Assembly: GCA_038046645.1 (NCBI GenBank)
Contig: JBBSVU010000010.1
Coordinates: 1-49,524, forward strand
Source: an archaeon
Lineage (GTDB): Archaea > Iainarchaeota > Iainarchaeia > Iainarchaeales > 0-14-0-20-34-12
Length of the DNA: 49,524 nucleotides
Direction: 5' to 3'
Part shown: positions 1-9,271 of the stretch, piece by piece
Position numbering within the stretch: the stretch's first letter is position 1
Layout: every line of letters starts with the position of its first letter
Translations under genes and position numbers: made by a program
The notes under the pieces: generated by a model
The model's database searches: none
What the model was told of the DNA's origin: nothing
The model's input: the letters and a program-made list of their open reading frames with translations, nothing else

Positions 1-287
1 CAGCAAGAAACATAATGGATGCTTCTTGGAACTCTTTTTTACAGATGTTAAGATACAAGGCTGAAAGCGCTGGTACTTCATTTGTAAAAGTAGACCCAAG
101 GGATACAACAAGCAAATGTTACAAGTGCGGAACAATAGTTAAAAAACAATTGTATGAACGAATACATAAATGCTCATGTGGCCTTGAGATAGATAGAGAC
201 TACAATGCAGCATTGAATATATTAAAATTGGGTCTGGACAAGGCCTGTATGCCTTTGGAGCTTCCTGTTAAGGAAGCAATGAATTAG
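1..287 (+). CDS. tnpB: IS200/IS605-family TnpB (RNA-guided endonuclease, Cas12f-related), C-terminal part truncated by the window edge
   Basis: DASWNSFLQMLRYKAE..VDPRDTTSKCYKCG..CSCG..DRDYNAALNI = TnpB zinc ribbon plus RuvC-III; frame open from position 3. Confidence 0.9.
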   Translation, partial: ARNIMDASWNSFLQMLRYKAESAGTSFVKVDPRDTTSKCYKCGTIVKKQLYERIHKCSCGLEIDRDYNAALNILKLGLDKACMPLELPVKEAMN

Positions 288-321
288 GAAGCCACAGCCT
301 TTAGGCTGTGGAGGATGTCAC
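288..321 (+). mobile_element. IS200/IS605 right end / 3' end of the TnpB omegaRNA scaffold
   Basis: GAAGCCACAGCCT-TT-AGGCTGTGG-AGGATGTCAC just after the tnpB stop: 9-bp hairpin (292-311) ending in TCAC, typical of this family. Confidence 0.8.
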
Positions 322-481
322 CGAATTTCAGTATTACCAATATGGCACACAATTTGTTTAAAATACTTATATTGCGGCTTATGGGCGGCTTTTTCAGGAA
401 GATTTGCCTGTTTAAATTCCTTAAACAATTGCAATTCCCTTTAATCACACTTTTTAAACATTTTTCAACTAGATTTTCTTT

Positions 482-904
482 ATGTATCGGCGAGCGCAGT
501 TCAAGGTTGTAATCCAGAAAGTGGAAAAGCCATTGTCAAATAGGGCAGATGAAGAATTAAATTGGATTTGCAGAAGCCTGGGCTTTTTCGAGCCAATTGA
601 CAAGGAAAAGACAGCTGCCTGTGTTTTCCGAGAAATAGTAAAAAGCACAATCCACGAAAAACCTTTAAGTTCTACAGAAATATCCAAAAAGGTGAAGATG
701 AGCCGAGGCGCTGTAATCAATCACTTAAACAGGCTGTCAAGGTCTGGCCTGGTTGAAAAACAGGGAAGATATTATTTTGCAAGGTCAAAAAGTGTTGTAA
801 CGACTATTTCTGAATTAGAGGAAGAGATTGAATTTATAATGAAAAGGATGCGCACAATTGCAAAGAATATTGATAAGGAATTTGGCTTAGAAGTTGAAGA
901 CTAA
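482..904 (+). CDS. Winged-HTH (ArsR-like) transcriptional regulator
   Basis: LSSTEISKKVKMSRGAVINHLNRLSRSGLVEKQGRYY wHTH; TTTTTAAA box ~25 nt upstream suggests a leaderless mRNA. Confidence 0.8.
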   Translation: MYRRAQFKVVIQKVEKPLSNRADEELNWICRSLGFFEPIDKEKTAACVFREIVKSTIHEKPLSSTEISKKVKMSRGAVINHLNRLSRSGLVEKQGRYYFARSKSVVTTISELEEEIEFIMKRMRTIAKNIDKEFGLEVED

Positions 905-939
905 GCATATTGGCGCATAAATCACACCCAAAAACTAAC

Positions 940-1057
940 TCACAACGTTTGGCTTGTAAAACCAATGTAATTATGCATTGGTTAAGTAAGAATTTTTTAA
1001 TTTAACACTGTGTTTTACAAGCCCACGCCTAAAAGCGTGGGTTCCCAAACGTTGTGA
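940..1057. mobile_element. Non-autonomous IS200/IS605-like palindromic element / structured RNA candidate
   Basis: Nested inverted repeats 940-952/1045-1057, 952-962/1012-1022, 960-967/976-983 and CCCACGC-CTAAAA-GCGTGGG (1022-1041). Confidence 0.6.
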
Positions 1058-1093
1058 CATAACCTTTTTATATTCCTAATTTATTATTTATAC

Positions 1094-1627
1094 ATGGAAT
1101 CAAAGAAATTGAAAATATGCTCTTTTTTCATAATTGAATTAGTTCTAGCATTAATATTCCTTTATGTTTTAGGGAATATCGTGCAGGTTGATTTCTCAGC
1201 AAAAAAAGTAAGCTATGTTGGAACGCAAACTGATGTTGTTGTGTTAATTGGGATTGTACTTGTATTTTTGATTATCTTTTTCGCACTGAAAAAGAAGCAG
1301 CACTATTTGCATGATGCACAAAAAGAAGCATATGCTATCCTTAAATCAGCAGGCAAGGATAAAATAAAAGATGCAAAGCAAGACCCTAGAATAATCGCTT
1401 TGCTGGCAATAGAATTATTGTTTGCAGTGGTATTTGCGGTTTCAATCTCAGCATATTTAGATCCCGACTGGAGCATTATTCAGTGGGATAAGGTAGGGGT
1501 ATATCCGCCCTTTACAACCTTGCTAAATGGTGTTGTATTTATAGTAATTCTTGGGCTGTTTTTATATCTTTACAGTTTGACAAAGCCCTACAGAGAAATG
1601 AGAAAGGAACTGAAAAAGCAGAAATAA
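1094..1627 (+). CDS. Hypothetical membrane protein (4 TM)
   Basis: Four hydrophobic segments in two pairs. Confidence 0.75.
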   Translation: MESKKLKICSFFIIELVLALIFLYVLGNIVQVDFSAKKVSYVGTQTDVVVLIGIVLVFLIIFFALKKKQHYLHDAQKEAYAILKSAGKDKIKDAKQDPRIIALLAIELLFAVVFAVSISAYLDPDWSIIQWDKVGVYPPFTTLLNGVVFIVILGLFLYLYSLTKPYREMRKELKKQK

Positions 1628-1669
1628 AACTCATTTGTTAAATTAAGGCATTGCATATTTTCATATTAC

Positions 1670-2665
1670 TTATTTCCAATTCACATTAATATCATCAGCT
1701 CTCTGATTCGGCAGAATCTGTGTTTCTTTCATTTGCATCCTATTTCCGGCTTTGTGCATTATTATTCCTAGCCAGGCAATCATTGCTGCATTGTCTGTGC
1801 AAAATTGTGTTTCCGGAACAAATACTTTTGCACCCCGGCTTTCACACATTTCTGCCAGCATTTTCCTCAATGCCCTGCTTGCAGCCACCCCACCTGTCAA
1901 TAAAACCTCTTTTTTTTCGGTATGTGCTATAACCCTTTCTGTTACCTCGGTCAGCATTGCAAATGCATTATGCAGCAAGCTGTAGGAAACATCCTTTTCC
2001 GAATTATGCTTATCCAGCAATTTGTTTTTTGCCGCAGTCAAAAGCCCTGAAAAAGCAAGGTCAGAGCCTTTTACTGTGTAAGGCAATTCAATATATTTAT
2101 TGTTTTCCAAATACCAAGAATCAAGAGTAGGGCCGGCAGGAAACCCAATATTTAGTTCACGGCCAAAAGAATCCAAAAGATTTCCGATTCCAATATCAAT
2201 TGTTTCCCCAAATATTCGGTATCTGCAATTCTCAAATGCCATTATTTGGGTGTTTGCACCTGAAGCATAAACTATTACCGGGTCTTTTGCCTTTGTTTTT
2301 GCCAAGCCTATTTCAATATGCCCAACACAATGATTTACCCCTAATATTGGAATATTGTTCAATAAGGCAAGGGTTCTGGCTGTTATTGCCCCTACCTTTA
2401 AACAATTTCCTATCCCAGGGCCTTGCGAGAATGCAATTAAATCAATATCTTTTATTTTGCAGTTTGCCTTTTCCAAGGCGTTTTGGATAACTGTTTTTGA
2501 GATAGCATAATGATGGTCAGCAGCTTCCCTTGGCAAAATTCCGCCATGTTCTGGCTTGAATGCATCTTTCTCGTTTGCAAAAACATTGCATTTAGAATCC
2601 ACAATACTGCAGCCCAAGGTATGTGCAGTGCTTTCAATGCCTAAACATTTCATATTTTCACGCAT
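1670..2665 (-). CDS. kae1: tRNA N6-threonylcarbamoyltransferase Kae1 (stand-alone)
   Basis: LGIESTAHT, FSQGPG, VNHCVGHIE, SGANT, GGVA, DNAAMIA motifs; start may be 2653. Confidence 0.97.
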   Translation of the reverse strand: MRENMKCLGIESTAHTLGCSIVDSKCNVFANEKDAFKPEHGGILPREAADHHYAISKTVIQNALEKANCKIKDIDLIAFSQGPGIGNCLKVGAITARTLALLNNIPILGVNHCVGHIEIGLAKTKAKDPVIVYASGANTQIMAFENCRYRIFGETIDIGIGNLLDSFGRELNIGFPAGPTLDSWYLENNKYIELPYTVKGSDLAFSGLLTAAKNKLLDKHNSEKDVSYSLLHNAFAMLTEVTERVIAHTEKKEVLLTGGVAASRALRKMLAEMCESRGAKVFVPETQFCTDNAAMIAWLGIIMHKAGNRMQMKETQILPNQRADDINVNWK

Positions 2666-2711
2666 TTAATTTTTTTAGTTATTTCATGCAATTTTTTGCA
2701 TATTTATTTTT

Positions 2712-3326
2712 TCAGAAGATTTTCTTTTTCAATGCTTTTTCAATCATTTCCTTTTTTATTAATCCTTGCCTTATTATTTTGTTTTCTGTTGTGTCATAAA
2801 TTGTTGACGGTTTTTTATTTTTTAGATTTCCAGCAGTGAAAATTAAATCAACATGCTTATCAAATGCAAAGAGCTCTTTTTCAGCATAGATATTTTCCCT
2901 GCCAGAAAGATTTGCACTTGTTGATATTACTGGGCAGTTTATTGCTCGGCTTAATTCACATGCAAATTTATTCGAGGAAATCCTGAATGCTACCTTGGTT
3001 TCACCAATTTCTTTTGGCATTCTTTTTTTTCCATTGACAATTAAGGTTAATGGCCCTGGCATGAATTTATTGACCAATTTTCTAGCATCCTGGTTTAATT
3101 CAAAGAAATCGTAAGCCATTTTTTTGCTTGCAACAATAACTGGTAATTTTTTATCCTTACCCCGCTTTTTAATTTGAAAAATTTTTTTTATCGCATTTTT
3201 GCAGTTAAATTTACAGCCTAAACCGTAGCTTGTTTCCGTAGGGTATATCACTATGCCGCAGTTTTCAAGTATTTCTTTGCCTAAATTTGCAGCCATCATG
3301 CTGTTTTTGCCTATTCTGATTATCAT
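2712..3326 (-). CDS. sua5: Threonylcarbamoyl-AMP synthase (TsaC/Sua5, YrdC domain only)
   Basis: YPTETSYGL, KKR, PGPLT, STSANLSG motifs. Confidence 0.95.
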   Translation of the reverse strand: MIIRIGKNSMMAANLGKEILENCGIVIYPTETSYGLGCKFNCKNAIKKIFQIKKRGKDKKLPVIVASKKMAYDFFELNQDARKLVNKFMPGPLTLIVNGKKRMPKEIGETKVAFRISSNKFACELSRAINCPVISTSANLSGRENIYAEKELFAFDKHVDLIFTAGNLKNKKPSTIYDTTENKIIRQGLIKKEMIEKALKKKIF

Positions 3327-3877
3327 AAGATCCCCATAATTGTAAGGATTATTGCATTATATATCAGGTGCGCAAGGATGTTTGGAAATAAATTTTTATT
3401 GTCCTTGGCTGATTTTCCCAAAATTAATCCAAGGAAGAATGCTCCTATTACCTCTATGTTTGATTCATAGCTGTAATGCAGTATTGCAAAGAGGAATGCC
3501 TGGAAAAAGTTCCCAAGCTTATGCAGTAAAAATCCCCTAAAAAATATTTCCTCGCAAATAACCCTTACTATTACCAAATATGCAAGGATGAAAGGGCCTT
3601 CAGCCATAATTGACTGTATTTTATCACTTATGATTTCGGAATCATTTAAACCTAAATAGTTGCTTATTAGGCCTATTATAAATAAAGCTAAAAAAAGTTT
3701 TACTAGCAGAATTATTGTTTTTTTGATTAAATCAAAAGCATCAATTTTTGTTAGCCCAAAGCTGTGCAAAATTTCAATGAATTTCTTCGGGTTCAAGGGT
3801 TTTTTTATCTTTAATTCGTTTGCCCTGAACCATATTGGAAATCCGATAAAAAACAGATCGATTAAGTAGTTCAGCAT
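3323..3877 (-). CDS. CPBP/CAAX-family intramembrane metalloprotease
   Basis: EEIFFRG, FAILH, AHLIYN motifs. Confidence 0.9.
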   Translation of the reverse strand: MLNYLIDLFFIGFPIWFRANELKIKKPLNPKKFIEILHSFGLTKIDAFDLIKKTIILLVKLFLALFIIGLISNYLGLNDSEIISDKIQSIMAEGPFILAYLVIVRVICEEIFFRGFLLHKLGNFFQAFLFAILHYSYESNIEVIGAFFLGLILGKSAKDNKNLFPNILAHLIYNAIILTIMGIL

Positions 3878-3882
3878 AATGC

Positions 3883-4065
3883 TTATTTCTTGATTTCAGT
3901 ATATCCACAAGCACCGCAACTATGCCTGTCCTTATGTTCAGCCATAAAGACTCCAGCTCCGCATTTTGGGCAGCTCTTTTTTGCCCTTTTTATTGAATCG
4001 CCCTCAAGTTTATAGTAGCTTGCTTTTGAATTCTTTTTTTTCTTTTTTTCAGCCATAATTTTCAC
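3883..4065 (-). CDS. rps27ae: 30S ribosomal protein eS31 (S27ae)
   Basis: [23 protein letters not shown]; start may be 4056. Confidence 0.97.
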   Translation of the reverse strand: MKIMAEKKKKKNSKASYYKLEGDSIKRAKKSCPKCGAGVFMAEHKDRHSCGACGYTEIKK

Positions 4066-4104
4066 TTTTTAATTATTTTTGGGGAAACCCCTATACTGAT
4101 TTTT

Positions 4105-4449
4105 TTACTTTTTCTTTTTTTCCTTTGCCTCTGCTGCAGGGGCTTCTTCCTTTTTTGTTTCAGGCTTTTTCTCTGCGCCGAAATGCTTTATCACAACAGG
4201 CTTTACCTCTACCATTTTCAAATACTCTTTGTTTGGGTATATCCTTGCTTCAGCTTTTGCCTTTGTTTCACCAAATCTGTGTGATATTACCCCGATAATG
4301 ACATTTTCTTCATTTGCATTTTTCATGGCAGCAATCTTCTTTATGAGATCTTTCCTGCTAGGGCTTGTTTTCATGCCGTTGATTTCAAACCTTAATTCTT
4401 TCCTATTTAGTATTTTATTGTCCTTTTCATCCAAAATTTTTATATCCAT
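4105..4449 (-). CDS. rps24e: 30S ribosomal protein eS24
   Basis: NKILNRKE, SPSRKD, FGETKAKAEARIY; ATG follows a GGTGA SD. Confidence 0.93.
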   Translation of the reverse strand: MDIKILDEKDNKILNRKELRFEINGMKTSPSRKDLIKKIAAMKNANEENVIIGVISHRFGETKAKAEARIYPNKEYLKMVEVKPVVIKHFGAEKKPETKKEEAPAAEAKEKKKK

Positions 4450-4459
4450 CAAAGTCACC

Positions 4460-4663
4460 TTATCTGCTAAGCCTTAGTGCATGCTTTCCTATTTGCCCAA
4501 TGCCCATCTTTTTTGCAATCTCTGATTTTTCAGGGTCAAGAATCACAACATATCCTTTCCAGAATGTAGTAAATGATTTGCCATGGCAGGCAGGGCATTC
4601 ATTGCCTTCTTCAATTACCTTTCTGCAGTCCCGGCATGCTTTTCCATAATTAGCCATAATCAT
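4460..4663 (-). CDS. spt4: Transcription elongation factor Spt4 (RpoE'')
   Basis: ACRDC..CPACH..WKGYVVILDPEKSEIAKKMGI. Confidence 0.96.
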   Translation of the reverse strand: MIMANYGKACRDCRKVIEEGNECPACHGKSFTTFWKGYVVILDPEKSEIAKKMGIGQIGKHALRLSR

Positions 4664-4678
4664 CCACCTTTAAAAAAA

Positions 4679-5320
4679 TTATTTTTTCCTTTCTTTTGCC
4701 TCTTTTTTCCTTTCTGGTTTTTCCTCAGTTTTTCTTGCTTCCTTTCCTTTCTTAGGTTTTTCATTGCCTTCTTTCAAATCTTTTATTTCAGTTTCAACCC
4801 ATTCTTTTTTCCCGAGGAAAGGCTGCCTCATTGTCAAGCCAATCTTTGAATCAGCTATTGTGCTTTTTAGGCTGATTGTGACAACCCTTGCAAAGACGCT
4901 ATCTTCCTTGCCCAAGCTTCTTTTAGTTTCCTTTCCAACAAAAGAATTATTCTTAGAATCATAATCTATGTATTCATCCATCATTTGGCTTACATGCACA
5001 AGGCCTTCCATAGGCCCAACACTTACAAATGCGCCAAATTCAGTTGTTTCATTCACAATCCCTTCAATTAATTCGTGCATTGACGGCTTGTAAACAAGCA
5101 TATCTGCTTCGGTTTCATAATATGCAGCGCCATCCCCTAAAACAACATGCCCATGGCCTGTCTTTTTTGTATTTGTTACTGCAATAACAATTCCTACGTC
5201 TTCGTCAATCACTCCTTCATATTGTTCCCTAGTCAAATCCAATATTGCCTGGTCCAAATCCTTTCCGAACCTTTGCGGTGGAATCCTTATTTTATCCTTA
5301 ACCTTAACAATCTTGTACAT
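4679..5320 (-). CDS. rpoE1: RNA polymerase subunit Rpo7 (RpoE')
   Basis: RIPPQRFG, GDGAAY, FGAFVSVGPMEGLVHVSQ, IGLTMRQPFLG. Confidence 0.97.
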   Translation of the reverse strand: MYKIVKVKDKIRIPPQRFGKDLDQAILDLTREQYEGVIDEDVGIVIAVTNTKKTGHGHVVLGDGAAYYETEADMLVYKPSMHELIEGIVNETTEFGAFVSVGPMEGLVHVSQMMDEYIDYDSKNNSFVGKETKRSLGKEDSVFARVVTISLKSTIADSKIGLTMRQPFLGKKEWVETEIKDLKEGNEKPKKGKEARKTEEKPERKKEAKERKK

Positions 5321-5425
5321 TTTAGCACCTTCAATATAATCTTTGAAAGATAATAATTATTTAATATAATAATATATATAGCCTGCGATTATGTATATAT
5401 TTAAACCCTTTTATGTGAAATTGGC

Positions 5426-5800
5426 TTATCCTGCTTCCAAGTATTTATTTTGCCTCAGATAAATTAACCTTGCACCATATCCTTTTATACGTTTCTTCAG
5501 CAGCCTGTCAGCAGTAGCTATTGTATAACCCTGCTTTGCAAGCTCAACCAAGGAAGCATCTGCTGTTTTTGCTTCTGTCCTGATTATTTGTATCTTTTTC
5601 TTCTTTAATAGCTCTCTTGCTATATTCACTTCTTTTTTGTATTTTTCAGATAATTTATCCAATTCAGCATCTATTGCTTCTGTTATTGCGAAGGTTGTTT
5701 TCCCAACCAATTTTTCTATTTCATTAAATACATCAATCTTATGCTGGCTTATTGCAAATAAAATATTTGTGTCAATAGCAACAATATTTTCATTTTTCAT
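5426..5800 (-). CDS. PIN-domain protein (Fcf1/Utp24-like)
   Basis: IDTN, ELDKL, ADASL, IATAD motifs; conserved position after aIF2gamma; ATG overlaps the upstream TGA. Confidence 0.88.
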   Translation of the reverse strand: MKNENIVAIDTNILFAISQHKIDVFNEIEKLVGKTTFAITEAIDAELDKLSEKYKKEVNIARELLKKKKIQIIRTEAKTADASLVELAKQGYTIATADRLLKKRIKGYGARLIYLRQNKYLEAG

Positions 5801-7071
5801 TTGACTACTCCATAGCCAATTAATCTCCATTTAAGCATCTTCTTTTTGCTTATTGCAATTTTCTGCCCTTTTTCGACAACCATTGCATTGTTCAGAATAC
5901 AGGAAATATTCTTGCCTTTTATATTCTTTATTGTGGCAATAGTCGGCATTGCCCCGATAACCAAAACAATCTGTTCATTTATTGTTAAAGTATATTCTTC
6001 ATTTATCAGGGTGCGGTCTAGCTGGTTGAATTCAAATTCAATATTTTTTATGGGATCCCCCATTAATCCTGGAGCAGCAATTATTTGGCCCCTTAATTTA
6101 TCGCTTCCCACAATGCTAGGGTCTAAGGCTGTTTCTATTGCAAGTAACCCGCCTGCCCTTGCTGTTTTAATTCTTCCCTTGCTTGTGCTTATGCCCCTTA
6201 CTTCTGTTAAAAATTTCTTATTTTCCAGTCCTGGCAATATCTCTACCTTATCCCCTATGCTTAATTTCCCTTGTATTACTGATCCGCCTAAAATTCCGCC
6301 TTTCATGTCCTTTGCCTTTGTCCCAGGCTTATTTATATCAAAAGAGCGTACACAAAACATTTTCATTGGCTTGTCAACAGAATATTTTGGGCTCGGGATA
6401 TATTTCTCAATTGCATCAATTAAATATGACAAATCTATCCTTTGGTTTGCTGTTGTCGGGATAATTTTAGCATCTTTATATGGAGTTTTTGCAAGGAAAT
6501 CCTTTATCTGTTTGTAATTTTTCAAAGCCTCTTCCTTGCTTACCAAATCAACTTTATTTTGTGCAATTATGAGATTTTTTACCCCATTAATTGTAATTGC
6601 TGCCATATGCTCAATTGTTTGGGGTTGTGGGCACTCTTCATTTGCAGCTATCACTAATATGGCACCATCCATTATTATTGCCCCGCTCAACATTGTCATC
6701 ATCAAGGTTTCATGGCCAGGTGCATCAACAAATGAAACAGTCCTTAAATATTCTGATTTCCCTTTGCAGTTTGGGCAGGTTTTTTCCACAGCATATGCAT
6801 CATTCCCCTTGCATTTCCCGCATTTATATATATCAACATCAGCATACCCTATTCTGATAGAGATGCCTCGTTTCAATTCCTCGCTGTGCGTATCAGTCCA
6901 AACCCCTGTAATTGCTTTAACCAGGCTTGTTTTTCCAGAATCAACATGGCCTATCATGCCTATGTTTACCTCTGGCTGAGCCATTTCTTTGCTCTCTTTT
7001 GGCTCTTTGATGTCCTTATCTTTTTTTGGTTTTGCTTCTTTCATTAAATCATAACCTATTCTTTGTTGCAT
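5797..7071 (-). CDS. eif2g: Translation initiation factor aIF2 gamma
   Basis: QPEVNIGMIGHVDSGKT, RGISIRIGYA, DAPGHETLM, NKVD, zinc knuckle; true start may be 7044. Confidence 0.97.
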   Translation of the reverse strand: MQQRIGYDLMKEAKPKKDKDIKEPKESKEMAQPEVNIGMIGHVDSGKTSLVKAITGVWTDTHSEELKRGISIRIGYADVDIYKCGKCKGNDAYAVEKTCPNCKGKSEYLRTVSFVDAPGHETLMMTMLSGAIIMDGAILVIAANEECPQPQTIEHMAAITINGVKNLIIAQNKVDLVSKEEALKNYKQIKDFLAKTPYKDAKIIPTTANQRIDLSYLIDAIEKYIPSPKYSVDKPMKMFCVRSFDINKPGTKAKDMKGGILGGSVIQGKLSIGDKVEILPGLENKKFLTEVRGISTSKGRIKTARAGGLLAIETALDPSIVGSDKLRGQIIAAPGLMGDPIKNIEFEFNQLDRTLINEEYTLTINEQIVLVIGAMPTIATIKNIKGKNISCILNNAMVVEKGQKIAISKKKMLKWRLIGYGVVK

Positions 7072-7085
7072 TTTTTGCTATAAGT

Positions 7086-7475
7086 TTATTTGGCTTCTTC
7101 TTTTGGCTTTTCCTTTGGCGGGAATATTTCCTCGAGTTTTTTTGAGCCTTTTTTTGTTACCTTTACATTTAACTGGTGTATCTCTGCGCTTACAGTATTT
7201 CCTCTTACAGTCCTTTTTACCCTTATTCCCTTTACCTTGCTTCTGAATCCTACCCCCGGGGTTATTAATTTCTTTTTTCTGCCGCTGCTATCCAGCTTTG
7301 AATTCATGGGTATGCCGTCCTTATCACTGCCTCCAGTAATAATTCCTTCATATCCTTCCAAACCAATTTCTCCAAGGTTTATTTTGTCTTTTATTTTTTT
7401 GCCAACATAAGCCGGCTTTTCCATTTTTTTGCTATACGCTTTCCTTGTTTCAGGATCTGATATGACAATATTCAT
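7086..7475 (-). CDS. rps6e: 30S ribosomal protein eS6
   Basis: ITGGSDKDGIPM, RTVRGN, QLNVKV. Confidence 0.97.
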   Translation of the reverse strand: MNIVISDPETRKAYSKKMEKPAYVGKKIKDKINLGEIGLEGYEGIITGGSDKDGIPMNSKLDSSGRKKKLITPGVGFRSKVKGIRVKRTVRGNTVSAEIHQLNVKVTKKGSKKLEEIFPPKEKPKEEAK

Positions 7476-7507
7476 TTAATTCACCTGCATCAATAATTAT
7501 TCATTTT

Positions 7508-9256
7508 TTATTCTTCTTCTTTTGTTTTGGATGCTGAATTTTTTATCTCTTCAAATGTTTCCTTTGTTCCCTCATCCATCTCCAAATATTTTTCTATATC
7601 CGCAAACTGCTTTTCCGGAATATAAACATAAAGGACATCCTTTTCTTTAAAATGCTTGTCTGCAATTGCTTTGCTCACAGATACCGCAATTCTTTCCCCG
7701 GCCTTTGCCTTATCTATGTTTTTGCCTTCATTCTGCAAGGATTCAATTAACCCTATTATTTTCCCCTTATTTACTAGCAGTACCTTTGGTTTTAAAATGC
7801 CAGAAATCACTTCGATGCCAAATACCGCTGGCCCAGAATTTCTGAAAATATGCCCTGGCAATACCCTTATTTTTGCAGGATATATAAGTTGTGCTTGCTT
7901 GATCTCTTTCTCATGCTTCTTCTGGTCTTCAACCCAAGCTTTGTATTCTTCCAATAAAGTGTATATTACATTTCCTTTAAATAACTTAATACCTAAAGTA
8001 TTTGCCTCTTCTTCTGCTGATTTTTCAATCTCAGAATTAAAACAAAAGATTACTGCATTGTACAGGTCATTTTCCTTTACGCTCATTGCTTCAATAACAT
8101 CTTTTTTTGTTACATTCCCGACATCTGCCTTCCTTACATTAATTCCGTTTTCTTTCATAAGGTGGACAAGTGCTTCCAAAGAGCCTAAGGCATCAACCTT
8201 TGCAATTACCCCTTCCTTTTCAGTATCAATCTTTATTGATTTTATCTCTTCCTGAATCATTTTTTTGTTTTCAGGAGAGCTTCCTTTTATTAATGGTGAG
8301 CCAGAAATAGCTTCTTCCAAATCTGGTGCGCTGATTTTTATGCCAGAGGCAGCAACTATTTCATCTATTGAATCAAACTTACTTTTCGGGTCCCTTATTT
8401 CTGACAACGGCTTTGGCTTTAACAATGCCCTTATCTTTGTTTCAATAGCGCCATTTTTCCCGCCAAGCACAATTGTATCCCCTACTTTTAATGATCCCTG
8501 ATATAAAATAACATCAATGGTTATTCCCAATCCCTTCTCTTCCTTTACCTCTAAAACAGTTCCTTTAGCTTCAGCATTTTCAGCAATTTCAAGTTCATCC
8601 TTTAAGAATTTTTGGCTTAATCCAGTAAGCATCATAAGAATTTCAGGAATGCCTTCCCCCACAATAGCAGAAATAGGCACAATTGCAACCTGTTTTTTAA
8701 AATCAGTTATCCTGTCAAACCTTTCTGCTTCAAATCCATAATTATAAAGATTAGCTACTATCTGGTATAATTTTTCATCCAATGCATTTTGCGCAGCTAT
8801 TGTTTGATTCTTTTCATTATCTAAAAAAGAGCCGGTTACAGAATTCCATTCATTTGTTTTATCAATCTTGTTTAATGCAACAATAAACGGAGTTTTATAT
8901 GTTTTCAAAATATTGATCGCTTCGATTGTCTGCGGTTGAAATCCTTGTGTTGAATCAACGACCAGAATTGCTAAATCAGCAATGCTACCGCCTCTTTTCC
9001 TTAAATTTGTAAATGCAGCATGCCCTGGTGTGTCTATAAACAAAAGCCCGGGTATTGTAACGGAAAACCCGAATTTCTTAATCAAAGTTCCTGATAGTTT
9101 ATCAATTATCCTTACTGGAACTTCAGTTGCGCCTATGTGCTGTGTTATTCTTCCTGCTTCCCTGTCGGCTAATGTTGTGCCTCTAATTCGATCAAGCAAT
9201 TTCGTTTTTCCGTGGTCTATGTGACCCAATACCGTAATAATAGGCTGCCTAATCAT
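7508..9256 (-). CDS. infB: Translation initiation factor aIF5B (IF-2)
   Basis: RQPIITVLGHIDHGKT, ITQHIGATEVP, DTPGH, NKID; no intein. Confidence 0.98.
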   Translation of the reverse strand: MIRQPIITVLGHIDHGKTKLLDRIRGTTLADREAGRITQHIGATEVPVRIIDKLSGTLIKKFGFSVTIPGLLFIDTPGHAAFTNLRKRGGSIADLAILVVDSTQGFQPQTIEAINILKTYKTPFIVALNKIDKTNEWNSVTGSFLDNEKNQTIAAQNALDEKLYQIVANLYNYGFEAERFDRITDFKKQVAIVPISAIVGEGIPEILMMLTGLSQKFLKDELEIAENAEAKGTVLEVKEEKGLGITIDVILYQGSLKVGDTIVLGGKNGAIETKIRALLKPKPLSEIRDPKSKFDSIDEIVAASGIKISAPDLEEAISGSPLIKGSSPENKKMIQEEIKSIKIDTEKEGVIAKVDALGSLEALVHLMKENGINVRKADVGNVTKKDVIEAMSVKENDLYNAVIFCFNSEIEKSAEEEANTLGIKLFKGNVIYTLLEEYKAWVEDQKKHEKEIKQAQLIYPAKIRVLPGHIFRNSGPAVFGIEVISGILKPKVLLVNKGKIIGLIESLQNEGKNIDKAKAGERIAVSVSKAIADKHFKEKDVLYVYIPEKQFADIEKYLEMDEGTKETFEEIKNSASKTKEEE

Positions 9257-9271
9257 AATTTTTCCTCAATT

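Noticed and set aside
315..720. ORFs 315-512 (+) and 469-720 (-)
   Set aside because: They overlap the IS end, the promoter and the wHTH gene; no protein features
1..1100. Possible Cas12f/Cas14 CRISPR locus
   Set aside because: No repeat-spacer array or cas1/2/4 in the window; the IS-type right end directly follows the gene
4074..4091. TATTTTTGGGGAAA shared in inverted orientation with 11201-11214
   Set aside because: 14 bp of low complexity; probably chance
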